The notes: generated by a model from the sequence alone, not told the origin. A stretch of 64,000 nucleotides of DNA from an uncultured Alphaproteobacteria bacterium (GCA_963792045.1 CAWBUT010000018.1:670-64669); one strand, 5' to 3'. Counted from the stretch's first letter, positions 46,426 through 60,700 are shown. Translations and numbers: made by a program.

Positions 46426-46584
46426 GTGGTCTGCCCCTCCCCGCATCGCCGCCAGTCTAACCGGCAAGCATCCTTGAGGCCACGACTACCTGGCAATAGC
46501 CCTAAAGGGCGACGCTGCACGTGCCCAAAACCTCCTTCGTCCGGCGACCCGCCGACACGACCGGCGCCCTGCTCAAGGCAGGAC

Positions 46585-47931
46585 CTAGTTGGCTTCCGCC
46601 TTCTTCTTGGCCTCCGTGTCGACCGACTTGATGCCGCGCAAGAGGTCGAGCGCGTATTTCAGCTGCGTGTCCTTATCCTTCTCCGGCGCCACATAGGACG
46701 AGCTGCCGGACTCTTCTTCCGGCGGCGTGCCCGATTCCTCGTCTTCGCCCTTGAGGTGGCCGCGCAAATCCGCCTCGCCGCGCGTGGCCTGCGCCGCGGC
46801 CTTGTCTTTGAGCTCGTCGGGCAACTCCTCCTCGACCACCGCCTCGGGCTCGATGCCCTTGGCCTGGATCGAGCGTCCCGACGGCGTGAAATAGCGCGCC
46901 GTGGTCAGCCGCAGCGCGCCGTTCGAGCCGAGCGGGATGATGGTCTGCACCGAGCCCTTGCCGAACGACCGCGTGCCGACGATGGTGGCGCGGTGGTGGT
47001 CCTGCAACGCGCCGGCCACGATCTCCGAGGCCGACGCCGAGCCGCCATTGATCAACACCACGAGCTTCTGCCCGTCGGTGATGTCGCCCGCCCGCGCATT
47101 CGACCGCTGCGTCTCCTCGAGATTGCGGCCCTTGGTGAGCACGATGGCGCCCTGATCGAGAAACGCGTCGGAGACCGAGATCGCCTGATCGAGCAAGCCG
47201 CCCGGATTGTTGCGCAGATCGATGACGTAGCCCTTGAGCTTCGGACCGATATCCTTCTTCAGGCTCTCGATCGCGCTCTGCAGATTGGCCGTGGTCTGCT
47301 CGTTGAACGTGGTGATGCGGATATAGCCCACGTCATCCTCGGCGTTGTACTTCACCGGGTTGATGTGGATCACGTCGCGCGTGACCTTCACGTCGAACGG
47401 GTCATCGACGCCCTTGCGCACGATGGTGAGCGTGATCGGCGAGTTCACCGGCCCCCGCATCTTCTCCACCGCCTCTTGCAGCGTGAGGCCCTGGATCTGC
47501 TCCTTGTCGAGCGCGGTGATGAGGTCGCCGGACTGGATGCCGGCCTTGGCCGCGGGCGTGTCCTCGATCGGGGACACGACCTTGACCACGCCGTTCTCCA
47601 TCGTGACCTCGATGCCGAGGCCGCCGAATTCGCCGCGCGTCTGCACCTGCATGTCGCGGAAATGTTTGGGATTGAGATAGGCCGAGTGCGGGTCGAGCGC
47701 CATCAACATGCCGTTGATCGCCGACTCGATCAGCTTCGAATCGTCGGGCTTCTCCACATAGTCGGAGCGCACCCGCTCCAGCACCTCGCCGAACAGATCG
47801 AGCTGCCGGTAGATCTCCGAGTTCGTGCCGGAGGCTTGCTGGCTCCGCGCCAGAGTCACCATCGTCGAACCGGCGGCGAGCACGGCCAGGACCAGTAGCA
47901 CCCACAGCGCGTATTCGGATTTCCGCATCAT
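46585..47931 (-). CDS. ctpA: S41 carboxy-terminal processing protease
   Basis: LDPHS, PDZ GLGIEV, DLRNNPGGLL, SASASEIV, SFGKGSVQ motifs. Confidence 0.95.
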   Translation of the reverse strand: MMRKSEYALWVLLVLAVLAAGSTMVTLARSQQASGTNSEIYRQLDLFGEVLERVRSDYVEKPDDSKLIESAINGMLMALDPHSAYLNPKHFRDMQVQTRGEFGGLGIEVTMENGVVKVVSPIEDTPAAKAGIQSGDLITALDKEQIQGLTLQEAVEKMRGPVNSPITLTIVRKGVDDPFDVKVTRDVIHINPVKYNAEDDVGYIRITTFNEQTTANLQSAIESLKKDIGPKLKGYVIDLRNNPGGLLDQAISVSDAFLDQGAIVLTKGRNLEETQRSNARAGDITDGQKLVVLINGGSASASEIVAGALQDHHRATIVGTRSFGKGSVQTIIPLGSNGALRLTTARYFTPSGRSIQAKGIEPEAVVEEELPDELKDKAAAQATRGEADLRGHLKGEDEESGTPPEEESGSSSYVAPEKDKDTQLKYALDLLRGIKSVDTEAKKKAEAN

Positions 47932-49310
47932 CCTTGCACCTTCTCGGAAGCCCCGGCCCACCATGGATCCGGGTCAATTGGCTTACCGTCCTTTCTGATC
48001 TCCACATAAAGGACGGGGCGCGAATTATCGTCACTGCCTTGGCTCGCCGGTGGGGACGTACCCATCACAGCAACCGGCTCGCCGGCTAGGACGAACTGGC
48101 CGAGGCTTACGTCGATGCGGTTCATGCCCGCAAGCAGAACATGATAGCCCCCGCCAGCATTGAGGATCAAGAGTTGCCCATAGGACCGGAAGGGGCCGGC
48201 ATAGACCACCCAGCCGTCGGCCGGGGCGGTAATGCGGGCCTCGGCGCGGGTCTCGAGCGAAACGCCCTTGACCGGGGCCCCCGTGGCGTCGGTATCGCCG
48301 AAATGCTTGAGCCGCTTGCCTTGGGCCGGCAGCGGCAAACTGCCCTTGGCCTCCTCGAACGGCATGGCCGGCTTCATGCGGTCGGGGCTGGCAAAGGCCA
48401 GCTTGGTCTGGTCGGGCTTGATTTCGATGACCTTCTGATTGTCGGGCGTGGCGAGCGCCTCTTGCTGCTCGCGCGCCCTGAGCGCCTGCTCGGCCGCCAC
48501 CTCGGCATCGTATTGGGCGACCTCGGCGCGGGCGATCTGCGCATCGAGCTGGGTGATCAGATCGTTGAGCTCGGTCACCGTCGCCGCCTGCGCCGCGGCG
48601 GCCTCGCGCACGGAGGTGAGTTGCGCCTCGCTTTGCGCGAGCTTGGTCTTCTTCTCGGCCAGCAGCTGGTCGATGTTCATCTGCTCTTGCGCGAGCCGGT
48701 CCCGCTCGCTTTTCTCCGCGTCGCGCTGGTCGCGGATGCCGCCCTCCAGCGTCACCAGGCCCTCGAGCTCGTGCGACAGATTATCGGCCTGATATTTGAG
48801 CTCGGGGAAAACCTCGGCGAGCAGCATGGCGCTGCGCACCACGGCGAGCGCGTCGTCGCGGCGGGTGACGAGCGCGGGCGGCGGCGTGCGGCCCATCCTC
48901 TGCATGGCGCTCAGCATCTTGACGATGGTTTCCTTCCGCTCGGTGATCGAGCTCTTGATGACGTTGACCTGGTCGGTGAGGTCGGCGAGCTTGGTCTCGG
49001 TGGCCGACAGTTTGGCTTCGCTTTCCTGCACCTTCTGCGCCGCCCCGATCAGCTCGCTGTTCAGCCGCGCCCGTTCGGCATTGAGCGTCGCCACGTCTTG
49101 GGCGAGGCCCTGCTCCTGCGCGCGGCTCGATTTGAGCTGCTCTTCGGTCGCATCGAGCTTCTGCTTCGCCTCCTCGCGGGAGAGGTCGTCCGCGGCGCGC
49201 GCGACCAAAGGCACGACGAACGGCACCGCCAGGATGAGCCCGCCCGCCAAAAGGAGGGCGGCGCGGCAAGATTTTGGTCTTTGGGAAGCAAAGCGATCGG
49301 ATCGCGCCAT
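47928..49310 (-). CDS. envC: Murein hydrolase activator EnvC-like (coiled coil + M23)
   Basis: Long coiled coil, degenerate M23 domain (YGQLLILN...LYVEIRKDGKPIDP). Confidence 0.88.
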   Translation of the reverse strand: MARSDRFASQRPKSCRAALLLAGGLILAVPFVVPLVARAADDLSREEAKQKLDATEEQLKSSRAQEQGLAQDVATLNAERARLNSELIGAAQKVQESEAKLSATETKLADLTDQVNVIKSSITERKETIVKMLSAMQRMGRTPPPALVTRRDDALAVVRSAMLLAEVFPELKYQADNLSHELEGLVTLEGGIRDQRDAEKSERDRLAQEQMNIDQLLAEKKTKLAQSEAQLTSVREAAAAQAATVTELNDLITQLDAQIARAEVAQYDAEVAAEQALRAREQQEALATPDNQKVIEIKPDQTKLAFASPDRMKPAMPFEEAKGSLPLPAQGKRLKHFGDTDATGAPVKGVSLETRAEARITAPADGWVVYAGPFRSYGQLLILNAGGGYHVLLAGMNRIDVSLGQFVLAGEPVAVMGTSPPASQGSDDNSRPVLYVEIRKDGKPIDPDPWWAGASEKVQG

Positions 49311-49460
49311 GCGCTTGGCTAGATTGCCCTCCGCCCGTTCTTTTTCGCCAGTTCGGAAGACCGGATGTTGCCGGACCCGACGACAGCGGAGCCATAAGGC
49401 AGAATCATGGCGATTGGCTTAAACAACTTTAATGATGGCCCGCCCGGGCCACTTCCGGGC

Positions 49461-49945
49461 TCAGGCGCGGTGATAGGGATGGCCGGACAGGATGGTGGCG
49501 GCGCGGTAGAGCTGCTCGGCGAGCACGATGCGGGCAAGCCCGTGCGGCAGGGTCATGGGTCCGAGCGAGAGGGTAAGGTCGGCCTGCTTGAGCGCCTCCT
49601 CCCCGATCCCGTCGGCGCCGCCGATGATGAAAGGCGAGCGCGCGAGTCCCCTCGTCGCGGAACTTGGCGAGACGGGCCGCGAAGGCCTCGCTCGTCATCG
49701 CCTTGCCTGTTGCGGTCGAGGCAAATGAGTTTGTGGGGAGAAGGAAGCTTGGCGAGCAGCGTGGCCGCCTCGTCCTGGCAGCGGAGCGGCGCGGTGCCGG
49801 CCTTCGATTCCGGCACCTCGATCACGCTCACGGGCGCAAGCCCGAGACCGCGCCCTGCCGCCTCGGCGCGCGCCACATAATGCGCGAACAGCTCGCGCTC
49901 CGGCCCCTGCTTCAACCGGCCCACCGCGGCGATCAGGAGCCGCAT
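49461..49945 (-). CDS. rlmH: 23S rRNA pseudouridine-1915 methyltransferase (frameshifted)
   Basis: [36 protein letters not shown] motifs. Confidence 0.93.
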
Positions 49946-50009
49946 GGTCAAAATCTTGCCGCCTCGCGGCGAGGCCGCGCGGAAGCGCCTAGCCTAAGGG
50001 CGAGGTGCG

Positions 50010-50420
50010 TCAGATCACCATTTGCTCCATGGGGCGGTCGGCCGACCACATCTTCTCGAGGTTGTAGAAGTCGCGTACCTCGGGCCGGAAGATATGGACG
50101 ATGACGTCCCCCGCATCGATCAGCACCCAGTCGGCATGGGGCAGGCCTTCGACGCGCGCGCGTCCGAAGCCTTTCTCCTTGAGCTTTCTGATGAGCTGAT
50201 CGGCCATGGCGCCGACATGGCGCTGCGAGCGCCCCGAGGCCACGACCATTTGGTCGCCGATCGACGTTTTGCCTCTCAAGTCGATGCACACGACATCCTC
50301 TGCCTTGGCGTCGTCGAGAGTGTCGAGCACGACGTTGAGTATGGAAGCCGGCCCAGCGCGAAAGGACGCAAAGCCGGAGGGAGGCGTGCCGCTATGGGCA
50401 CCCTCTCTGGGTGAGCGCAT
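50010..50420 (-). CDS. rsfS: Ribosome silencing factor
   Basis: DDAKAED, ASGRSQRHV, WVLIDAGDVIVHIF, FYNLEKMW motifs. Confidence 0.95.
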   Translation of the reverse strand: MRSPREGAHSGTPPSGFASFRAGPASILNVVLDTLDDAKAEDVVCIDLRGKTSIGDQMVVASGRSQRHVGAMADQLIRKLKEKGFGRARVEGLPHADWVLIDAGDVIVHIFRPEVRDFYNLEKMWSADRPMEQMVI

Positions 50421-50647
50421 GTTGTGGTGGATGTCCTTCTCTCATTGCACCTTGCGAAGCAGCGTGCCGCATTGCTCCTGCTAAACGCATGAAGGGCGGA
50501 TTCGGTGCCGCTTCGCCCATAAACATAGTATGCCGCGCCGATAAGTTTCAATAGCTAGTGTTGCTTGGGTTAAGCCTTTCGTGCCCCTCCTGGTCGAGGA
50601 AGCGTGTCATGGTGCGCGCCGAGTGGCTAACGAGATCGGGGTTCGCT

Positions 50648-51178
50648 ATGGGCACAAACCTATCCGACAGTCGGATTTCAGCTCGCCTCAAGATCGTCGA
50701 CGAGCACATTAGGCTGGAAAACCAGCACGATCTTGACGGCATTATGGGGACCTTCGGCGCAACGGCGCGTTACGACGACGAGCCATTGGCTGCGCACCAC
50801 ACCGGCCGGGATGAGGTCCGTGCGTATTATGCGGGGCTGCTTTTGGCCATGCCCGACCTGCATATCGAGGTCCACAAGCGCCATGCAAGCGACGACGCAA
50901 TCGTCTTAGAGGCGGTCATTGCGGGCCAACACTTGGGCACCTGGTGCGGCCTCCCGCCCACCGGGTGGCGCGTCGAGTTCCCGCTCTGCGCCATCTTTTC
51001 TTTCGACGATGCCGATCGATTGGCCGGCGAAAAAATCTACTATGATCGCGGGACGGTACTGCGCCAGCTCGGACTATTTCACGAGCCGGAAGACGTATTG
51101 GGTCGCATCAACGTCTTTTTGATGCACCCCCTCACGATTGTACGCATGCTGCGCTGGAGGATCTGGGGACGAAGCTAG
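50648..51178 (+). CDS. SnoaL-like ester cyclase (NTF2 fold)
   Basis: HIRLENQHDLDGIMGTF, GRDEVRAYY, GQHLGTWCGLPPTG, EKIYYD motifs. Confidence 0.85.
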   Translation: MGTNLSDSRISARLKIVDEHIRLENQHDLDGIMGTFGATARYDDEPLAAHHTGRDEVRAYYAGLLLAMPDLHIEVHKRHASDDAIVLEAVIAGQHLGTWCGLPPTGWRVEFPLCAIFSFDDADRLAGEKIYYDRGTVLRQLGLFHEPEDVLGRINVFLMHPLTIVRMLRWRIWGRS

Positions 51179-51192
51179 TAATAGTCGAATAC

Positions 51193-51903
51193 CTAGTGCT
51201 TGGACTTTTTCTTGGTCCCTTTGTCCTTCTTTTTGGCGCCCTTCCCCGCCTTCTCCTTGGCCCCCTTTTTCTTGCCTTGCTTGGATTTGCCGGACTTGTC
51301 CTTGCCGGGCTTGGCGCGCAGGCCGCTCGAGGAGAGCTTCGACAGCGGAATGGTCAGCAAGGTCCAGGCCGGAGGCTCCATGAGCGCAAGTCCGGCCGCA
51401 TCTGATTCGTCCCTTGCCGCGGAGGCGAAACGCTGCGCCGCCTTGCTCGCCCGGGCCTTGAGCCGGAATCCGGGCCGGTCGAGCACGGCGATCGGCACGC
51501 GGCGGAACAGCTCCTCCCAGGCGCGCCAGCGATGGAATTCGGCGAGATTGTCGGCGCCCATGAGCCAGACGAAATGGACTTCCGGATAGCGCCGCTGGAG
51601 AAAGCGGATCGTGTCGATGCTGTAGCCCGAGCCGAGCGCGCCCTCGAAGCCGGTGACGGCGATGCGCGGGTGGTGCGCGATTTCGCGCGCCGCCGCGACG
51701 CGGGTCCCGAGATCCGGAAGCTTGGAGACGTTCTTCAACGGATTGCCGGGGCTCACCAGCCACCAGACCTGATCGAGCCCGAGCCGGGCGAGCGCCACGC
51801 GGCTGATATGCAGATGTCCCGCATGGGCCGGGTTGAACGATCCGCCGAGCAGCCCGATGCGCATGCCGGGCGCCGCCGCCGGCACTTTGAGATGCTCCGG
51901 CAA
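51193..51903 (-). CDS. nadD: Nicotinate-nucleotide adenylyltransferase with Lys-rich tail
   Basis: GGSFNPAHAGH, PGNPLK, MGADNL, LSSS motifs. Confidence 0.93.
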   Translation of the reverse strand: MPEHLKVPAAAPGMRIGLLGGSFNPAHAGHLHISRVALARLGLDQVWWLVSPGNPLKNVSKLPDLGTRVAAAREIAHHPRIAVTGFEGALGSGYSIDTIRFLQRRYPEVHFVWLMGADNLAEFHRWRAWEELFRRVPIAVLDRPGFRLKARASKAAQRFASAARDESDAAGLALMEPPAWTLLTIPLSKLSSSGLRAKPGKDKSGKSKQGKKKGAKEKAGKGAKKKDKGTKKKSKH

Positions 51904-51924
51904 CGCCTCGGCTGCCGTGCTTGC

Positions 51925-53211
51925 TCAAGGGCGCGTCTGGCCTTGGCCGCGCACCACATATTTGAAGGTGGTGAGTTGCTCGAGCCCCACCGGCCCGCGC
52001 GCATGGAAGCGCCCGGTGGCGATGCCGATCTCCGCGCCCATGCCGAACTCGCCGCCATCGGCGAATTGGGTGGAGGCGTTGTGCAGCACGATGGCGCTGT
52101 CGACGCGGTTAAGAAAGCGGTCGGCCGCGTCCTGATCTTGCGTGACGATCGCGTCGGTGTGCTGCGAGCCGTAACGGGCGATATGCGCGATCGCCTCGTC
52201 GAGACCGGCCACCACTTTCACGGCGATGATGGGGCCGAGATATTCGGTCGCCCAATCCTCTTCGCTCGCCGGCTTCACGCGGGCGTCGGCGCGTTTGCGT
52301 CTCCGCATCGCCCCGCACCTCGCAGCCCGCCTCGATCAGCATGGCGACGAGCGGCGTCGAGCATCGTCGGCGCGGCCTTGGCGTCGACGAGCAGCGTCTC
52401 CGCCGCGCCGCACACGCCCGTGCGCCGCATCTTGGCGTTGAGCACGATCTTCTTCGCCATGTCGAGATCGGCGGCTGCATGCACATAGACGTGGCAGACG
52501 CCTTCGAGATGCGCGAACACCGGCACGCGCGCCTCCTCCTGCACGCGCGCGACGAGGCTCTTGCCCCCGCGCGGCACGATCACGTCGATGGCGCCGCCGA
52601 GGCCGGCGAGCATGAAGCCCACCGCCTCGCGGTCGACCGTGGGCACGAGCTGGATCGCCGCCACCGGCAGCCCCGCCTGCTCCAGCCCCTCATGCAGCAG
52701 ATTGGTGATGACGAGCGAGGAGAGGAAGCTGTCCGACCCTGAGCGCAGGATCACGGCGTTCCCCGCTTTGAGGCACAGCCCGCCCGCATCCGCCGTCACG
52801 TTCGGCCGGCTCTCATAGATGATGCCGATCACCCCGAGCGGCACGCGCACGCGCGAGATGGCGAGCCCGTTCGGCCGCGTCCACGACGCCATCACCTGGC
52901 CGACCGGATCGGGCAAGGCGGCAATCTCGCGCAAGCCCCGCGCCATGGCGGCGATGCGCTCCTCGTTCGAGCGTCAGCCGGTCGATGAAGGCCTCCTCGC
53001 GGCCCTTGCCGCGCGCGGCCTCGATATCGTGGCGGTTGGCTTCGAGGATGGCCGCGGCGCGGGCTTCGAGCCGCGCGGCCATGGCTTCGAGCGCCTGCGT
53101 TCTTCGCCTCCGTCGAGGCAAGCGCGAGCTCCGCCGCGGCCTCGCGCGCGAGGCGGCCCATATAGAGCATCATCGGCTCAAGGGTCGATTGCGGCTGCTC
53201 GGCGACGGCGG

Positions 53212-53215
<4 letters not shown>
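51925..53215 (-). CDS. proA: Gamma-glutamyl phosphate reductase (frameshifted)
   Basis: [45 protein letters not shown] motifs. Confidence 0.95.
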
Positions 53216-55388
<2,173 letters not shown>

Positions 55389-55442
55389 TTAGCACCACTG
55401 GCCCTGCCGTTACATAAGCGCCACAACCACTCAACTTTTCAC

Positions 55443-55951
55443 TTACGGCGCTTGGTCCCGGTAGAGGCGGTAGGTCATGCAGCGGGCGCTGCGTCCCCCG
55501 CGCCGCGCAGTCGCGCTTCTCCTCGCGATGGGCGGCAAAGCCGAGCTTGGCGATCACCCGCGCCGAGGCGGGGTTGTCCTGGAAATGCCCGACCGTGAGA
55601 TAGTCGAACCCGCCTTGCTCGAAGGCGTAAGGGATCAGCGCGCTCGCCGCCTCGGTGGCGTAGCCCATGCCCCAATAGGGCTTGCCGATCCAATAGCCGA
55701 GCTCGGCATGGAGATCGCCTTGCGCGCGATAGCCGACGCAGCCGATCAAGTTGCCCCGAACGCAGGATGGAGAAGACGACGCCCTCCTCTCCCGCGAGCA
55801 CGCCCTCGATCCACTCCGCCGCCATCTGCTCGCTATAGGGATGGGGAATCGTGCCCGTCATGCTCGCCACGTCGAAATCGCCGGCGAGCAGGCTGATGCG
55901 GGCCGCGTCGGCAGGCGCGGGCGTTCGCAACAGGAGTCTCGGGGTGCGCAT
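55443..55951 (-). CDS. GNAT (RimJ/RimL-like) N-acetyltransferase (frameshifted)
   Basis: TPRLLLR, ELGYWIGKPYWGMGYATEA, NPASARVIAKLGF motifs. Confidence 0.9.
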
Positions 55952-56060
55952 CTCCACGGGGGAGCACGCTACACGAGGAGCGCGTCCTCGCGCGAGAGCC
56001 TGCCGCGCGGCGCGGCGCAGATTCAAGCCGGATGAAGGAATGCGCGTGGGAAAGGGAGGC

Positions 56061-56315
56061 CTAGTTCGACTTGACCGAGACGTAGACGCGGCCCTTCTGC
56101 TTGGTCGCCATTTCCACCTCGCCCTCGACGAGCGCGAACAGGGTGTGGTCCTTGCCCATGCCCACGCCGTCGCCCGGGTGCCATTTGGTGCCGCGCTGGC
56201 GCACGATGATGTTGCCCGGGATCACGCGCTGACCGCCGGACTTCTTGAGACCGAGGTGCCGTCCGGCCGAGTCGCGGCCGTTGCGCGATGAGCCACCGGC
56301 TTTCTTATGTGCCAT
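56061..56315 (-). CDS. rpmA: 50S ribosomal protein L27
   Basis: [26 protein letters not shown] motifs. Confidence 0.98.
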   Translation of the reverse strand: MAHKKAGGSSRNGRDSAGRHLGLKKSGGQRVIPGNIIVRQRGTKWHPGDGVGMGKDHTLFALVEGEVEMATKQKGRVYVSVKSN

Positions 56316-56327
56316 GGGTTACGTCCT

Positions 56328-56846
56328 TCAGCTCTTCTTCGGCTTCGGCTTCGGCTTCGCCTTGGCCGGTGCCTTGGCCTTGGCCTTCGCCGCGGCTCTT
56401 GGCTTCGCCGCCGCCTTGGCTGCCGGTTTCTTCTTCGCCGGGGCGGCGGGCTTCGCGGCCTTGGCCTCGGCGGGCTTCTTCTCGGCCTTCTTCGGCTCCG
56501 GTTTCGCCGCCTTGGTCTTGGACGGCTTCTTGCCGTCCGTCAGAATCTCGGTGATGCGGAGCATCGTCAGGAGCTGGCGATGCCCCTTCTTGCGGCGATA
56601 ATTCTTGCGCCGCTTCTTCTTGAACACGATGATCTTCTCGCCGCGCATCTGCTCGACGACCTCGGCCGCGACGCTCGCGCCGGAAATCGGGCTGCCCGTC
56701 TTGGGGCCGCCATCGCCGCCGCCGAGCAAGAGCACCTCGGAAAGCTCGATGATATCGCCGGGCTCGCCCGCGATGCGCTCGATCTCGATAATATCGTTCG
56801 GCGCCACGCGATATTGCTTGCCGCCCGTGCGAATGACCGCGAACAT
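56328..56846 (-). CDS. rplU: 50S ribosomal protein L21 with Lys/Ala/Pro-rich extension
   Basis: [29 protein letters not shown] motifs. Confidence 0.97.
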   Translation of the reverse strand: MFAVIRTGGKQYRVAPNDIIEIERIAGEPGDIIELSEVLLLGGGDGGPKTGSPISGASVAAEVVEQMRGEKIIVFKKKRRKNYRRKKGHRQLLTMLRITEILTDGKKPSKTKAAKPEPKKAEKKPAEAKAAKPAAPAKKKPAAKAAAKPRAAAKAKAKAPAKAKPKPKPKKS

Positions 56847-57124
56847 GTCTAAATCCGTTCCGAACTCTTGGCTTGGAGGGCCAGGCGAGGGTGGATAGGG
56901 AAGGGCCGGTAGGGGCGCTGCCGCCGACCGGCCTTCAGGCGGCGCACTATAGAAGCGCAAAACCATAAGTCAATTGCAGGCTGCGGCCCAATAAAGCCCC
57001 AGGACCGGCGCTCAGGAGCCGGACGCCGGCGCCCTCACCCTTGCGTTAAGGCCTGCCCGCACGCATTTCTCATTCCGAATTCGGCCAAAGCGCTTTAGAA
57101 ACGCCGCGGGCCGACTTCGGCCTG

Positions 57125-57359
<235 letters not shown>

Positions 57360-57491
57360 TAAGCAGACATCGCGGCCGATCGACGAAGGCCTGACCGCCT
57401 GGTTCTGTCCTGAGGGTCATACGTCGATCACAACCCGCTGCGCTGGTTCGAGATGCTCGGCGAGTAGGTGGCCGGGGCCGAGTCGGGCCCG

Positions 57492-57520
57492 AGGTCCCGC
57501 TTTGTGTCCTTTTTGCTACG
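57492..57520. repeat. Degenerate site of the same family
   Basis: AGGTCCCGCTTT-GTGTCC-TTTTTGCTACG; left arm recognisable, right arm decayed. Confidence 0.45.
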
Positions 57521-57734
57521 AAGATCAATGCAAATCGCCAGTGTTCAAAATTTGCACTTACACGCGCCGGGGTAGTGATCTAGCTTGGCCGTGCGAGTCG
57601 CGGCTTCCCGGCTTCGATGACCCCCCCCCATACAACCCTGTCAAGGGCTGCTTCACCTTGTTGGTGTTGAGTTTCGCTCGTCTCGACACACCGTCGAACG
57701 AGGTCCCATTGGATTGGTTGCCGAAGTCACAACG

Positions 57735-60700
57735 ATGAACTCGCGACGTCGAGCCTTTAAGGAGACATTCAACGACGGGGGAGTGAAGCCTAACCGAACC
57801 GGCGTCGGCGCACGTCTTCCGAGCGCCTTGCTGGTGCTCCTCGCCTCCATTTCCTTTGCCCACGCGCAGCAAAACCTCAATTGGGATGCCAACGGCGTAT
57901 TGCCTGTTTCGGGCGGGACCGGTGCCTGGGATACGACTTCACCGCTGTGGTTTAACGGCGTGACGTTTCAGGCATGGAACAACGCCACCGCTGACAACGC
58001 GATCTTCGGCGCGGCCGCCGGCAACGTTACGCTGGCCGTCCCCATAACCGTCCACGACATGACGTTCAATGTCGGCGGCTACCTCTTTCCATCAGTGGGC
58101 GCGGTAGCGCTAACATTCGGGGGGGTGAACCCCACGATTACGACCAACGTCGGCATGACACAGTTCTTTCCCCCACTGACCGGCAGCACGGGATTTACCA
58201 AGAGCGGCGCTGGCAGCCTGCAGCTCAATGGAACCAGCGTGGGGTACACCGGCGTAACCACGGTCAATGCGGGTACATTGATTGTGTCTAATACTTTCGC
58301 GCTCGGCCTATCGAATACTGCGGCGAGCAATCTCGTGCTGAACAACGGCTCGACGATCGCTTTCTCCAGCCCCTCCTTCAATCACAACTACACGCTGACC
58401 GGCGGCATTGTGAACTTACAAATCACGGGGATTAACACTTTGGTGAGCGGCTCCCCCACGTTGACCGCATCGACCACGCTGAATTTCAACGGAACCAGCA
58501 CGACCGGCTCGCTCTCGGGGAATCTGGCCGATACAGGCGCCAACATATTGTCGGTCACGAAGAATGGCACTGAGCCGCGTAATCCTGTCGGGCAACAACA
58601 GCTACACGGGCCCGACAACCGTCACGCGGGGTCGCTTGCAGTTGAACAGCGCCGGCGCGCTTTCCTCCGGCAGCAATCTGGTCTTCAACGGCGCGGTGGG
58701 CACGGGTGGCACGATCGAGCTGACCAGCAATTTCGGCGAACTTTACGCGCGGTCTGGGCGCGGGTGCGGGCCAGGTGCAGTGGCTTGGCGATGGCGGCTT
58801 CCTCTCCTCGGGCTTGGGCCGGAACCGTCAATCTCGGCGGTGCAGGGGCGATGCTGACGTGGGGGGCAGGCGGCTTCGTGCCCGATGGCAATCGTCTAAT
58901 TCTCGGAACAAGCAGCAATAACATGCTCGACTTCCAGAATGGCATCGATCTGACCGGCGGCGTCCGCGCCATTCAGGGGGATGGCGGCAACATCACGGGC
59001 CATGCCCGGATGAACGGCATCCTGTCCGGCACGGGCGGAATAAACCAGGTCGGCAATGGCTTCTCTGGAACTGACAGGATCAAATACTTATACGGGCGGC
59101 ACCTTCCTGACTTCGGGAATCCTGGTGGTCAGCTCGGACGCAAATCTGGGCGATGCCTCCGGTACGCTCACCTTCGACGGCGGCACACTCGAGAACACCG
59201 GGGCATTTACGACAGGGCGGACCGTCACGATCAATGCCGCTGGCGGAACATTCCGGACGGATGCCGATCTCGAAGTGGGCGGACCGATCGGTGGCGCCGG
59301 GCGACTGACAAAGACGGGCGTGGCGAGTCTGACGCTGACGGGCACAGATAGCTACCTCGGCGGCACGACGATCAGCGCCGGTACCCTGCAGACTCGGCAA
59401 CGGCGGGGCCACCGGATCGATCGTCGGCAATGTCGTTGACAACGGCACTTTCGCTATCGACCGCTCCGACATCTTCACCTTTGGCGGTGCGATGTCAGGC
59501 AGCGGCGAGTTCGAGCAACGGGGCGCCGGCACCACCATCTTTACTGCTGCCAATAGCTATAATGGCGGCACGACGATCGGCGCCGGTACCCTGCAACTCG
59601 GCAACGGCGGGGCCACCGGATCGATCGTCGGCAATGTCGTTGACAACGGCACTTTCGCTATCGACCGCTCCGATACCTTCACCTTTGGCGGTGTGATCTC
59701 AGGCAGCGGCGCGTTCGAGCAACTGGGCGCCGGCACCACGATCTTTACTGCTGCCAACACCTATACGGGCGGCACCGTCATGACCTCCGGAATCCTCGTC
59801 GTCGGATCGGACGCAAACCTGGGCGCTGCCTCCGGTACGCTCACCTTCAATGGCGGCACACTCGAAAACACTGGCGCCTTTACGGCTGGGCGAAGCGTCA
59901 CGATCAACGCCGCTGGCGGAACATTCCGGACGGATGCCGATCTCGAAGTGAGCGGACCGATCGGTGGCGCCGGGCGACTGACAAAGACGGGCGTGGCGAG
60001 TCTGACGCTGACGGGCACAGATACCTACCTCGGCGGCACGACGATCAGCGCCGGTACCCTGCAACTCGGCAACGGCGGGGCCACCGGATCGATCGTCGGC
60101 AATGTCGTTGACAACGGCACTTTCGCTATCGACCGCTCCGACATCTTCACCTTTGGCGGTGCGATCTCAGGCAGCGGCGGCTTTATGCAGATCGGTCCCG
60201 GAACCACTCTCCTGACAGGCTCGAGCATCTATCTAGGCGCAACCAGCGTCGATGCCGGCAAGCTTGTGGTCAATGGCTCTATCGTGTCACCCGCAACCGT
60301 GCAGAATGGCGGCGCGCTGGGCGGCACCGGTACTGTCGGATCGTTGGCGGTGATGTCGGGCGGCATTCTGGCGCCTGGTCACCTGTCGGCACGCTGACGG
60401 TCGATGGAAATCTCACGCTCAATGCAGGTGCTATTCTCGACATGGAGGTGAATGGCCCGCTCCCCAGCGATAGCCTCGCGGTGAACGGCACCGTGGACCT
60501 GACCAGCTCAATTCTGAAGTGCTGCTCGTCGGCCCCGGGCAGGTCGCGCCGGCCACGACCTATCTCCTCATCGACAATGATAGCGGCGACCCGGTGCAGG
60601 GCACCTTCGCGTCAGTGATCCTGAACCTCCCCTTCCTCACTCCGTTCGTCTCCTACGATGCCGGCACCGGCAACGACGTGGCTGTGCGGCTGCTCCGCAA

